Notes under the pieces: generated by a model
The model's database searches: none
What the model saw: only the letters and a program-made list of their open reading frames with translations
What the model was told of the DNA's origin: nothing
DNA from: Amoeboaphelidium protococcarum X5
Lineage: Eukaryota > Fungi > Aphelidiomycota
Reading direction: 5' to 3'
DNA: 64,000 nt
Assembly: GCA_023515725.1 (NCBI GenBank)
Contig: JALDTO010000266.1
Location: 630,708 to 694,707 of the forward strand
Position numbers and translations under genes: made by a program
Part shown: positions 28,865 to 42,164 of the stretch, in pieces
How positions within the stretch are numbered: position 1 is the first letter of the stretch
Layout: every line of letters starts with the position of its first letter

Positions 28865-29431
28865 TCACTTTCTATCACTATTTTATCTAGATTTGACGCG
28901 TAATCTTCTCTTTGCAGATCCGCCAATAGTCATATCATCCTCTAGTGACAAGTTCTCCATAATCTTCACGTCCAGAGACACGTCTGGCACTTGCTCTTTG
29001 AAAGGCTTCAACAACTTTGACTTCTCCTCTTCCTCCTGCTTCTGCAACTCCCGTAATCTCCATGCGCCTGGCTCAGCCGGGAATCTAAAGTCTATGCTCT
29101 ACTGACTGGCCACTTGGGGATCCAGCTCAATGATCGCGTGTTTCCGTATAGTCTACCATCTGTATACACTGTACGCCGTCTCCATACTCTATCGCTTGTA
29201 TACCTCTGCTACGATACGCGCCCGGGGATGTGTAATACGTTTACGATTAGGTACAAATGTTCTAATATCAGCGATTGCCTGAGGATTCACGTTGTACAGT
29301 GAGCAAAAGTAGGATTTAATATCTCGCTTAGTCAAATGCTTCTACGTGAGTACGTGCAGAGTAAACGGCTTTGATTACGGTGGAGGCCTGAGGAACGTCA
29401 TTGATATATTCGGCAAATGTATCAGCACCAT
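28865..29431 (-). CDS. MRP20: mitochondrial ribosomal protein uL23m (Mrp20)
   Basis: IHLPNISMTFLRP...LTKRDIKSYFCSLYNV...KHAIIEL...FRFP. Confidence 0.7.
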
Positions 29432-29585
29432 ATTATCGATTGATTTTTACTATAGATGAGTGATTATAATATCTCTTGGAAGGGAGCGAAAAAGTGGAAG
29501 CGAAAATAATTTAACGCGTCGTTGTTCAAGTGGAAGTTCTCTCCTTTTAGAGCAGTGAGAAGAGCAAAAATTCAAGTAGAAAATC

Positions 29586-31393
29586 ATGCAAATAGATAAT
29601 CAGTTTAAGCGATTAGAGACTGGGCAATATCACAAGTCTGTTGATAAATAGCTCAGTCCAGAGTCTCGATATTATTCTAAATTCAAGGTATTCTCTTTTA
29701 TTATTCTGTAGATCACCAGTGTGAAATATCTAATGTAATAATGTAGAGTGTGGTGCACGCGAAAGAATTTGCTGCAATTACTTCGATTGAATGCTCCCCG
29801 ATTGCGCCATATGATGCGGTGGTTGCCTCATCTACGCGTCTTTAGATTTATGATGGAAAGAACAATTAGGTGAAGAAGAGTATTGCGCGATTTAAAGATG
29901 TTGTCCATTGCGCGTCGTGGAGATCTGATGGAAGATTGATTTCCGCTGGTGATGCCTCTGGTTAGGTACAGATATTTGACGTGTCTAGTAGAGCTATATT
30001 GAGAACTTTTAAGTTTACTGGGGAATCAGCAACGTCAATGGGTAATGCTTAAACATCATCTAATTATAATAATAATAATAATAATAATAAGAGCAAAGTT
30101 GGAGATAAACTTAGTGGTCGCGGTATTTATACTACGCGTTTCCTGGATGACAACATTCATGTGATAGCTGCTGGTAATGATAGAACCATTCGCTTAATGG
30201 ATATTCCTCAGGGACAGGTTGTATGCGAATGGAAGCACATTCATAATGATTACGTGAGAAGTAGCTGTGTCAGTTCTTCTAACTCCAACCTGTTCTTCAC
30301 TGGATCATATGATGGCACTGTGAAAATGTTTGATATTCGTACCAAGAATGGAGCTGTTCTATCGCTGGATCATTTGAGTGTTCAGGCAGGTGCTGCGCGT
30401 CATCCTGTTGAGTCTATTTTGGCATTTCCTGGAGATGCGATGCTGGTGTCTGCATCTTCTAATTCGCTGTATCTGTGGGACATTTTAGGTGGATCTAGTG
30501 GTAGATTAATGCAAGAGCCAATATCTAATCATTAAAAGACTGTTACAGATCTGTGTTTTAATTCCGATCATTCACGTATTCTATCCTCCTCATTGGATCA
30601 AAGTGTCAAGGTATGGAATACTGCAGATTGGAATATTGTGCACAGCTTTAAATACGCTACTCCAGTACTGTCATTGGCATTATCCAAGAATGAATCGCAT
30701 TTATACGCTGGTATGCCTAATGGTTTACTGACGATCAAGGAACGACGTGTTCAAGTGACGGTCAATGGTGACGTGTAATTGTCACTCTCTGCAAAGGACT
30801 AGGAGAGCAGTATCTATCACCTGGGTCCTAAATTGACTGCTCCCAGGAATAGAAATGAACGTGATATGAAACTTTTGCCCGGTAGTAGAGCATACTTTAT
30901 GCGTGGTCAGTACAGACCTGCTGATGAAGATGACATTGTGATTGGTCAGGATCAGAAGAGGAGGAAACGGTTGCGACCATACGAGAAGAAATTGAAAGCT
31001 TTCGAGTATAAAGAGGCTTTGGATATGGCCATTGAGTTATCTAATTCTCCAGCGACTATTGTGGCTTTACTTGCCGACCTGAATTTTCGTGGAGATGGAC
31101 TCAAGATTGCACTATCTGGACGCGATGCTTCTGCTCTCTTTCCAATATTGCATTTTATATTCAAAAATCTTTTGAATCCTCGCTACTTTTCTATTCTATA
31201 AGAGACGTTTTAAATTCTGCTGGACAAGTACGGATCGTACCTGGATTAAAGTGAAGAGTGTCGTGCCATAATGGCCAAGATCAAGTCCAAGGTTAGAGAG
31301 GAGGTGGAAACATTGGACAACTTGAAGAAGCTATCTGGCGCCTTGGAAATGATGTGCAATTTTTCACTAAATTTATAATCATCATCATCATGA
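29586..31393 (+). CDS. UTP15: U3 snoRNA-associated WD40 protein Utp15, intron 29688-29746
   Basis: PYDAVVASSTRLQIY, IARFKDVV, RSDGRLISAGDASG.VQIFD..SRAILR, HNDYVRS, HPVESIL, SNHQKTVT, and the C-terminal domain LKIALSGRD. Confidence 0.92.
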
Positions 31394-31447
31394 GCAAGTT
31401 AAAATATAGATTTCACTATTTGAATCTTTAATAATTAACATAGTTTA

Positions 31448-33667
31448 TCAAATTTCAGCATTTAAAACATCATCATCGTCGCGACTTTCCAACTCACCTC
31501 TCAACCGTTTACTCTTTGCTATATCCAAATTCAACTTGGGCTTTACATTCTTTTAACTACTCTTCGGCTATTCCGCATCACTGTCTGTAACATCACTCAC
31601 ATCAACATCATCGGTTCTATTACCAGCAGGTTCTTTTGCATCTTACAGACCATGGCTCTTCTTAAACGCTGACAATGCACGTCCCATAACGGTGGACACT
31701 GTTTTCAAAGACGCCTTCTTCTACTTCATCCTCATATCATTCCTTTCGGTAGGAGATTAAATCCTAGAGTTTGATACATTGGACATGACACTTTAATTCA
31801 GATTATCCTCATCTGTCAGATCACTTATCGTATCCAAGTCATCATCCTTAACAGATTTCTTATTCCAATCAACAATGCTGTACGCACTTCTCATGCTCAT
31901 ACTACCAATAGATTTAGTTGGAGATGGCGCGCGTGATTATTGCTGCTCAGTATCCTTCATATTAGGCGCAGGCGAGACATTCATGAAATCCCACTTCTTC
32001 TGCGACGATTTAATGGATGGAGGCAGAGATGTTTACACTGACAAATTTGGCTTTTAAATCTTTGGTTTGAAATTCTTGGCAGCGATATTATCCACCTGGT
32101 TAGAGATGAATGACTTCATAACTTGTGAATAGGGATTACTTTTATCTGCACCACCATCTGAATCGATTACTTGATCCATAACGCGAGCTTTAAACATGTC
32201 AATTGCATCCTGGTCAGACATTGTGGTCAAGTCCAAATCGTCCTTCACAGACTAGTTTAACATCGACTTGATCTTATTCTTCTACTACTTGAGAGTGGCA
32301 TCATCATACTAGTACTTGGACTTGAGTTCTGGGAATCGCTTCAAAGACTTGGCCTTGAAAGAGTTCATCACATTAAGATAGCCATCCCACTTGTTTGGAT
32401 CAAATTGCTCCTTCTATTGCTCCACTACCGGAGATTCCTCTTCAATTGGAGACACTCGGAATTCTTCTAAATTATCATTATTCTGATGTTACTAGTCAGC
32501 ATGAAATTGACTCAGTAGCTGATGCTAATTCAGAGATAAATCTTCCTTTAATCCAGAAATTTCATCGTGAACTTCCTCCTGCAGATCAAACAAAATCTCT
32601 GCAAATCTGTCATCAATTCTCTTTAGAATCTACTGATCTCTCTTCTTATCCTCAGATTAATCCAACCTCTGACTAATCAATAGTTTCTTCTCTTCATCCA
32701 CTTGCTTATTGACTGAATTCTTATACTCAGCCAAAGTCTTTTCCAACTTCTTAATCTCTTCTCTGTAGCTCTTCTCCAACTGTTACTCTCTCCGTGCCAC
32801 CTCAGACTATAGTTTATTTTCCATATCAGTGCGCAATGATCTCTCAGTCTCCATAATCTTGGCAGAGAATCGCTCTATTGTACTAGTGATCTTATCAACG
32901 ACATCGACATTATTCACCTTGGATTTGTTGTGCAAAGACTGAATCTACTCTTCCATCGACTCCTTGATATAGTTTGGCTAATCTCCGTGTCTCCGATCCA
33001 GATGACATTCGAGATAGTATTCTGAATTGAAAACCTTTGGACAATGCTTACATCTGAAATACGCCGCCACTACAGGCTATTTTGGATTAACTCCACCTGG
33101 AATCTTGCTCCATAGCTGATACGCGTACACTGTTCTCTTTAAAGCTTTCACCTCTTTACGCAGCGATGAGATTTACTCACTCTTCTCCTTACTCTCCTGC
33201 TCCAATTGAGTGAGAGATTGCTTGTGCTTGCCATTACCTCCGTAAGAATTACTGACAGAACTTTAGTGCTTATTGATGAGATAATTCTGACTGTGCAATA
33301 GATATTCAATGGACATTTGCGCAAGTTTAAACAATTTAACAAAATTCGGATCCACCCCGTCCAGACGTTCTTTCTCAATGTTACAGTGAGCCAAATTTCT
33401 CAGCACTGCTTGTAAAGCGGCAATGTCAACTTTCTCTTCTATCTTTTCCACACTCACCGAAGACAATAGTCTCCAATCCACAGATTCATACTTGTTATTG
33501 CTAAAAGTGAATCCATGTTTAAGTGACTCTTGAGTGATAGCATCTTCTTCTCGACCACCACCTTTGATGTGATTGTTCAGGGATTGCGACTTGACGGCAT
33601 TCTCCTTGCCAGCACTCTCACTCAAAATCGGAATGGAATACTTTCTATCATTACTCAAAGAAGGCAT
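31448..33667 (-). CDS. DZIP1: DZIP1/Iguana-family ciliary basal-body zinc-finger protein
   Basis: Dzip-like_N motif FTF...ESVDWRLL...DIAALQ...VDPNFVKLFKLAQMSIEYLLHSQNYL; C2H2 finger CKHCPKVFNSEYYLECHLDRRH; long coiled coil. Confidence 0.88.
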
Positions 33668-33933
33668 ATTAAGATGAAAACTCTAGTTATTACTTGACAA
33701 TTATCAATCAGCTTACTAATTATCACAAAAAATAAAATAGTTAGGTCTAGTAGAACAATGGTGATCAAAAGTCAAACAAATGGAGAGGCTGAAACGGAAA
33801 TTTCATCAATCGACTGAAGATCAAACACTCAATCAATCAGTCAATCAGTGAGCTAGGAGGAACTCGATGCTTATACAGCAAATTTTCAAATGAGATTGAT
33901 TGTACAAATCTAAGTCATATACTCTGAAAAGAA

Positions 33934-34815
33934 TCATTTCTTCTTGATTCCACACATGATGTAATTGCATTGAGTCTCCATTGTGGATGAGCCGGCGGTC
34001 AAGGCCCATTCAGATTTGAGAGGATTGTAAATCATGCCGCGCAATCCAAATTCATCATCAATGCCCTCAATCTGAGCATCTTCCATCCATCGAACCATAT
34101 TATGTGGTGAGATAAACTTGTTATAATCATGAGTGCCTTGTGGGACAAGCTGTAAAATATCCTCAGCCATTGTTATAGCAAGCAGCTGAGATAAAGCAGT
34201 TTTGTTAATGGTTGACGCGAACAACATACCTTCCGATTTCAGTAATTGCGATGATGTGTTAATTAAATCCAGAGGATCATCAACGTGTTCCAGAAGCTCT
34301 AAAGTGCAAACTACGTCAAATTATTATTACCCACCACCCTCTTACAGTAACTATTCTGCGGTTATATGTTTGAATTGTAGACTTCCAGATGCAACGAGGT
34401 CCGCATCTGTCAGCGAAGCGTATCTCTTCGCTTCCACAATGTTACTCTCTGACGCATCTATACCCATGACGGTTGCACCAAGTCGCGCCAGTGCCATTGA
34501 CAAGATACCGCCACCACATCCAATATCCAGTACTTTTGATCCTTAAAGATTTTACTGATTACGCTTATACTTGACAGCATCCAGAATATATCGGACGCGA
34601 CATGGATTCATCAGATGCAGCATTCGAAAGGGACCATTAGGATTCCACCACTGCTTCGAGAGAGCGCTGAATTTACTAACCTCTTCATCATTGACAGATT
34701 TGCGATTCACAGATGATGTGTACTTCCCTTCTGATCTAATAGAAACGCGCCTCAGCTATAAAGATTATGGTCTCAAGAGTCTTAACATTTTGCTTGACGA
34801 TCGATAGATGTTCAT
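33934..34815 (-). CDS. COQ3: ubiquinone biosynthesis O-methyltransferase
   Basis: [79 protein letters not shown]. Confidence 0.93.
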
Positions 34816-34895
34816 CAATAAGCGAAAGACTTTAAGATCAAGAGATAAAAAGTACATTGATCCAAAGGGACAAAACTTTAATACGGCTAATTTAC

Positions 34896-36422
34896 TCATT
34901 TCATGTTAGAGACAATCAAAGCGGATTTTCTCTTCAATTTCTACAAAAGTTCTCTCTTAAAAACCCAAGATCCACCATCGCTGCCATCTTTACCATGCTG
35001 TTTCTTTGAGCTAGTAGACTTCTTACTTACACTTCCAGAAGACGCTTTGGATACTTTACTGCTGAGAGAGTCTTTGCTATGATCTCTGGTAGGAGACAAT
35101 ACATTGGCCGACTGCTTTCCATCCGCCGTCTACTTGCCAGCAATCAAGTTCTCACTAGAAGACGTGGTTCCATCTGCATGAACATACCTAAACCATTCAG
35201 GTTCCCACTCTTCACCTCTAGCTTCCCGTTCTTTTCTAATCTTGCGTTAATCATCTTCCAACTTGCTCTTTTAAGAACTAGCCGATGAGAAATCGCCTTT
35301 ATTCAAAGCCTCCGTAGTGGATTTCCAAATCAACTTGGAATCCTTCTCTGGATCGAGGTGAGCCTCGGGAATTTATTTAGGCACATACAATCGAGGATTT
35401 CCATCTTTAGTTGCATCTCCATAATTGGACTTGAAATTAAAGAATGGCTGTGATTCCTATTCACCGCTCTTTTAAATCGTCACTTACTCAACCCATTTAC
35501 CAGATAGCTGATAGAAAACTTCACTTGGATTAGACTCTTTATAAATCTTTCCATCCAAATGATGATATCCACCACTAAACCAAGGTTTCGGTAGCCAGTC
35601 AAAACGACAAGTATAACCAGTCTGAGCACATCTAATGAATGTCGATTTACCCAATTCCAAAAATATGGAGCCAGACAGTAAGCCACGAATTTACAGGTCA
35701 GGTAGAGGGTCAATAAGATACTCCTCAAGAACATCCATAGAGTCAGAGTGTTGATCATACAGAGTAAGAACAGCGTTACCAATCTATTCCACCTTCAAAG
35801 TCATCGACTTGAACTTGCTCTTTTGCGCACAGAATCCTTTGATAGACATACTGCGATCCATCTGGCCATAGAAGGCGCCAATCGGGGGATGATGGGACAC
35901 CTGCTCCACAATCATATCCACACTCTTCCACCTGTCACCACTCTTCACTTCTGACCGATCATTGTCCCAGTGGCAGTAAAACTATTCGCCCAATATAGGA
36001 TTGTATGGCTTCTTTTCACTACCCTTCTCGCATCGCTCATGATAACTGCCATAAGTTGTGCTGAGATAATACTTGACTACACGCTTCATACGCTCGAGTG
36101 CAAACTAATCCTACTCCGCAGCAGGAGCATTCTTTGCAGGAAAATGCCAACACTCAGAAATGATATCTGGAAAGTCACACCAGTGCACAGAATACTCCAG
36201 CATAGAGACTCCATTCAGTAAGAAGGCAGGAGCAGTCAGTAGCGACAAATCTCCAGTAAATGAGCCAATCTAAGTTAGAAACTGGATAAATGCAGACTTT
36301 TAGGTGGGTGGAATAGACGGATTGGCCGAGACTTCACTAGCCTCTTCACTCATTTATCCAGTACTGCCCAGTGAACTTTAAGACTACTACCCCTAGTCCT
36401 TGTGACTATTATTATCCTTCAT
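34896..36422 (-). CDS. KES1: oxysterol-binding protein (Osh4/Kes1 type)
   Basis: IGSFTGDLSLLTAPAFLL, EKKPYNPILGEQF, OSBP signature EQVSHHPP. Confidence 0.9.
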
Positions 36423-36750
36423 TACGAAGCAGATTATTTACAACAGTGCTCTATATGATAAAGAGAAAGAAAATCAATTGGAATGGCAGGCATGTTGAGA
36501 CAAAAGAGAGGAAGAAATGTCAATTGGGAAAGGCAAAGCAAAGGCGAGAGAAAAGTTGAAAACCAAACGGCGATGAGGCGCGCGCGATGAGAAGAATGAA
36601 TGGCTAAACGAGTCAGTTCAGGGAACGACCACAAAGAGAGGAGATAGCACTGCACTGGCTCAAGAGTACAGTAGTACGGAAGAAATCTCGAGTAATATCA
36701 ACTGTATAAAGTATAGTATTCATGGTATATTTTATAATTTTCAAGATAAT

Positions 36751-37093
36751 TCAGCCCCTACATACAGACAAAATACAAAGATAATGTCACATTCTCAGAG
36801 AACTCGAAAAACTCAAAGCTTACATGATGATATTATTTAGAGGAATGTGGATCAACTTGATGGCAAATCCAATAAATCCCATAATGAAAAATCCAATTGC
36901 AACAGCCTATGCCACCTTGATGAATTCTACACTTTTAAAAAAGTATATTTTAATCATTCAAGATACCACTCTGGATAGTATTACCTCTTCTGTCAGGCTT
37001 TGTGCAGCGATTGACCAGGTGAATAGAGTCTTTAATGAATTCACGAGGCCCATCCAGGAGCGATTAATAATCTTCACCACCAGTTTTTGACAT
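36751..37093 (-). CDS. SSS1: Sec61 translocon gamma subunit, introns 36927-36984 and 36758-36823
   Basis: [55 protein letters not shown]. Confidence 0.95.
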
Positions 37094-37459
37094 TTTAGGT
37101 TCAAATATTTTATAGATAGATTGATGAGATTGGCTTTACTTTAATTCACACACACAATTCAGAATTTGATTATTGCCGGAGATGAAGAACAATGCTCAGA
37201 ATAGTAACTGGCTTTGATGTGAAAAGTCGTCCACTTTCCAAGAAAAATTTCGTTTTATAATTCGCTTGAGAATACGAGCAACCTCAACTCATCTGTATCA
37301 ACTCAGAAAGCGTGGATCCACATTTTACATTTTAGCTGTTATCTCACTGAGAACTGTTGAATCTGACATACAATTTATTCTGCATATTGATAAGTATAAT
37401 ATAAAGTATCAGAACTAGCTGAAAAGTGATTTGCAGTGTATTTTTAAGAGTGTTATCCA

Positions 37460-39000
37460 ATGTCAGATTAATGATCACACAATCCATATGGAGCTACTGC
37501 GCCTCACCCTGCAAGATTTCCGCGCTAAGGTTAGAAGTTAAACGTACTCTGATAAGATTAAGCATGAAGTACGCGACAATCTTATTATGATAAGAAATGC
37601 AGTGTCTTACATTTATCTTATGCGCTTACCATTCTTACACGTTATCAGCACTAGTGTATGATGCGGACTGGTTCTTAAATAGCTCCGTCTACTCTTACTG
37701 CTACAGCTGCATAGGACGCCGACGCGTTGATAAGATTACACTATTGGTGCATGCTAAAAGTGCAGTCGGACTATTTCGTATGTGTTAAAAGAATGAAGGT
37801 GCTCCTGAAGGTGATGAAGGCCTGGGACGAAGTGACGTAAGTCCCTATGGATACGTACCAGGCCGCCTTCGCGATCGAAGCCAATATATCAATGGAATTG
37901 CTAGTAAATTCAAAGACTGCGATTAGGCGTATGTTTATGGGAGTAGCCGAATAAGCACTTTGTAAAACAAACTGTTGCCAGTCGTCAATAGTATCTTGGC
38001 GAACTTCTTTCATTTGAGTTTGGTTACCGCGTGGAAGACGACTTTACTGCTGCGGAGGCTATTGAGCGCTTTTTAATCCATGCCAATGGCGGCTCTGATA
38101 TGATCAAAATTAGCGATCTTGTTATTATGGTCTTTCTAGGCAGACGGCCTGAGCATCTGTGAGTGGTTCGCGCGGTGGCTGGCACGGAGGCGGCACTGGT
38201 CAAACGTGAAGTCCTGATGTCGCTTTGCATTACTGAAGATGCCGCCTGCGCCAACGCATCGAAAGTGATGGGATGATCTAAGCACCCTGGCTAATGCCGT
38301 GGCGCTGATTGCTGGAAGTGTCATCGACATTTGAGAGCGGTGTGCCAGAAGTGTAAGTCAAGCTGGATTGGAGAGATTTATGCATTTCGAAGGAAGTAAG
38401 TTCTGCAAGGGATAGCACAAAGCTTCTAAAGTTGGTAAATGACATGATCTGATGGCGCATACGACTGGAAAATCCTGGATTATTGATAGCGGAGCTAGTG
38501 ATCATTTCACTGATACATAAGACAATTATTTAACTCCTCTACCGTTCGCACTTAGGTCGATACCGATAATGCGTCAATGTCATGCGCCAAGCGTGAAAAC
38601 GTAATCTTCTGCACCGACACACAAGCCTTTGAACTCTCCAATCTCATATATTGTCCGACACTATCAGAGAATCTGCTTTCTGTTTCCAAGCTCTGTAATT
38701 CCGGATTCAAGGTTTTGCTTGACGGATCCATCGTGTCATGTATCAAATGCCACGTGTGTGAACCTACCGAATGAACCCATATGGCAAGGGACGAAGTCTA
38801 AACGCGATGGTTTATGGAGAGTTAAATCTTTTGCTGGCAATAAAGCTCTTTCTCTTACTACTTGGTCCTCTAAGGAGATGTGCGATGACATTCACCCTAA
38901 GCTGGGCCTTGCTAACGTCAATGATGTATTCAAGTTTAGCTAAAACCACATAACACTTGGCTATTTACGAGAGAGTATATCTTTTATGAATCATCGCCGT
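37460..39000 (+). mobile_element. degenerate Ty1/copia LTR-retrotransposon fragment (gag-protease-pre-integrase)
   Basis: Copia protease WIIDSGASDHFT at 38476; LSNLIYCPTLSENLLSVSKL; GLWRV; decayed GAG-pre-integrase IHPKLG. In-frame TGA stops and frameshifts; no integrase core, RT or LTRs seen; boundaries approximate. Confidence 0.8.
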
Positions 39001-39614
39001 AGATGTGGTCAAGATGTATTGTAGTACCTACAATTCCAACTTGAGTACGTTGTTGTAAACTATTTCAATCACTCCTTTAGGTGTAATGGCACATCTTACA
39101 CAGACTAGCATATAGCGTTTCTGTTGGCTTTATTTAAATTTAAGGTGAATATGTTATTTCAAACTGCTCTGGAATACAAACGGCTTAATCGTAAATTACA
39201 AGATTGAACGTGAATATCACAGACCAGTACAGTACTGTCTTCAACACCTAGAAATTTGTTGTATTAACATTCATCCTTGCATCATTCGTGTAAAATTAGT
39301 CATAAATAGGGGTCAAAGCACTAATGTAATATATAGTCATGTGCTTGCTTGGTATTTGTGATCACAGGTCGGGCAGGTCAGCAGTTTCAAAAGGGCCGAC
39401 CTCAATGAGAAGCAAGAGAGTGTGTGAGAGTGAGTGAAACGGACGTCAAATGATTCCATCGAGACGCGCGCATGAATTTTCTGTTCCTCCTGAATTGAAT
39501 TTTCACATCATTCACACACGAATTGTAGTCATCTATTATTAATCTCTTCTTCTTCCTTACAATTACTAATTCGTAATTATTATTATTTCTTTTTTTTATT
39601 CAGATAATATAATT

Positions 39615-41036
39615 ATGGCATTGTTGGTTGATCAGAAAAACTCCAAAGTCGAAAACGGTAATGGTACCGTTCACGTCCACACTGAAGCTGTTGTGTCTGC
39701 AACTTCCTCTCCTCAGAAAGCTTACACGTCTGTGTAGCGCATCAAGAAGACTCCGCTGGTGTAAAAGTCTGTCCAGGTTTATGATGAGAATATTGAGCCA
39801 ATGATCTAAAAGGTTCCTTTCGGGGTGGGTACTTTTGTGTTAAGTGCCAGTCGTTCAGTGATCAACTATGGCCAAGAGAATGTTCTACCAGTGGCTGGCC
39901 GTGTTGTTGAGCCTTTCCATGGTTTGATTGATGGTACTGCCAATAGAGTTATTGATGGAGCTGAGCTGGTTGGTTCTGCTGTGGTGAGCACTGAGAAGAG
40001 AATTCTAGGAGGTATGGACTCTGTGGTTGATGTGGTGGAGAATGTCGTTGACTGGGCTCTCCCTCCTACTCAGTCGTAAGCTCGTCCAGGCTCTCCTTCT
40101 CTAGTTAATGGTGTTGGTGAAGAGTTTGAGAATTCTGTCGCTAACGAGGAAGCTGATGGTGATGTTGATGAAAACGCTGAGATGATTGCCTAACTGAAGA
40201 GAAACCGCTCCGAGAATCCTGCTCCATTTCTGCATGCATACCATCTGAGTCTTAAGACTGTACAGCGTCTCCTGTCTATTGTCGCCAGTCATGCTCCAAG
40301 TAAAGACAATATGGCTGTCCTTAAGTCTACCCGCCAGCTTCTACATCACTACCAAGTCCAGTTGTAGGAATCTACCCAGAAATTGCAAGAGGCAATGCAG
40401 TAGGCATAGCACTTTCTTGCAGAGAGCATTGAGAAGCGTGTCGGTACGCCTGAAGAGAGAAGCCAGATGTTGAATAATACCAAGAATTATATCAATGCTC
40501 AAACCAAGCCAACCTTGCAGAAGGTTTATGCTGTGTAGAATAAGCTGGTCGAGGCCGTGACTGAAGTCAAGACTGTGATCACCTCCCTCATGATGGCCAT
40601 GTTCAACAAGGTGGACAGCAATCTCCCATTCGGCATAAAGAGTAAAGTTGAGTATTTGGTTTCGGGATTCAGAACAAAGTGGGATCAGTTTAGTAAGACT
40701 ATTGCACATCCGCTGTCTCCAAGCAGATAAGCAAAGAAGACCATCTAGGATGGTGGACAAGAGTCGTCAGCTGAAGATGATGAGGCTGAGTATGAATCTT
40801 TGATGGATATGCTGAGATAGACTACTAGCCGTGCGGTTGATCTTAATACCCTCTCCAATGAGGGATTGGAAATGTTGAAGTAGGCTAAGTAGGTTGTTGA
40901 TGGATACTATAGCTATGCCACCAGTCGCGCTAGTGATGTTCTTCACAGACGCGTATCTCCAGCTACTAAGAGCAACAAGAGTTATAGCCAGGTAGTTAAT
41001 GGTGACGTGTCTGATGGTGCAATTAAGGCTGAATGA
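39615..41036 (+). CDS. perilipin-like lipid-droplet protein
   Basis: PAT-domain-like SVQRIKKTPLVQKS, IDGTANRVIDGAE, ENVVDWALPP; amphipathic helical composition; TGA at 41034-41036. Confidence 0.6.
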
Positions 41037-41210
41037 GTTGGTGTCTGAACGACTGTTACATCCCTTCTACAGTTTAAAAAAGGAGAAGATTATTCAAAAT
41101 ATAAATCATGTTTGAGTGAAGCTAAAACGTTTTAAATGAATCTAATATCAATATTATAATCCTTTCTATTGGCTACTTGGAATCCAATCTTTATATCTAT
41201 CAGTTATCTA

Positions 41211-42008
41211 TCAGTTAGACAAAGTATCTTTAAGATCAGAGAAATACAGTTACGGGAGTTACTGTGAGAGCTCCTCCTTTGTGAGCCAAGCGAAATCTTA
41301 TATGGAAGCGTCTTTTTACACTTTCACCTAACCAGCAAATATCTGAGCCTTCATATAGAACGTTCTATCCAATCCCTAAGAGCGATGAGCCACAGGAGCT
41401 CGACCAATGAACCACACAGCCATATCATCTCCGCATAACTTTGACAGGCTGTCCTTGCAGTGATGGAGAAGGTCATTTGACGAATCTCGAACCGCAGTAG
41501 ATGTGGCTCCCTGTATCTCATCGCCACACTCTGGGAACTGCCACATATCCTCCTATTTATTCTGATTCTTCACTTTAACTATGAGATACAGCGATCGATC
41601 TAGTTTCCTATCCAGTCGATGTACATCCAAATCCACCTAATCATCATGACGTGGATTGCTCTTCACATCCATTTTTGACAATTCGCGTTCAACTGTCTCC
41701 CTTAGCTCTTCATCCGCAATCACACCATCCTTAGACTAGAAAGCCTACTACTGTGCATTCTTAATCTTGGAGGCTCCATCTTCACCCTCAAAGAATGCCG
41801 TGTCATACTTGAATGCTTATTGATGTTATAGAGGGAGGCGATATTGGGCGGCAAAGATACGCTCAAATTCACTTGGATCGCGTAAGATTAGTGGTGGTCT
41901 CTTCAATATCACGCCAGCCGTTATTCTAGGAGCATTCAATTTATTATGTACCTACGTGGTGGATAAAGACTACGCAGTTGCTTACAATAATCTTCGCGTT
42001 ACAATCAT
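41211..42008 (-). CDS. MRPL17: mitochondrial ribosomal protein mL46 (yeast MrpL17)
   Basis: Transit peptide; ITAGVILKRPPLI...EFE; DVHRLDRKLDRSLYLIVK; WQFP; FAWLTKEEL. Intronless with TAR=Gln. Confidence 0.85.
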
Positions 42009-42164
42009 CTTTATTTTAATTTTGATTTTACACTGGGACTTTCAACACCTAAAGAGGAAAGAGAAAAGATTACGAATCGAGTTTTCAATTTTAAAGATCA
42101 GTAAGAAAATTCGTAAATTTAGTGAATGGCAATACAATTGTTGAAGAAATCGATCAAGAGAACA

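Noticed and set aside
30061-30092. (AAT)n and (CAT)n runs as repeat arrays or CRISPR-like structures
   Set aside because: They are simple trinucleotide microsatellites encoding poly-Asn/Asp or lying in UTRs, with no repeat-spacer pattern.
41952-41985. Apparent GTAAG...TAG intron at the start of mL46
   Set aside because: The sequence reads in frame with TAR=Gln; splicing would break the frame.
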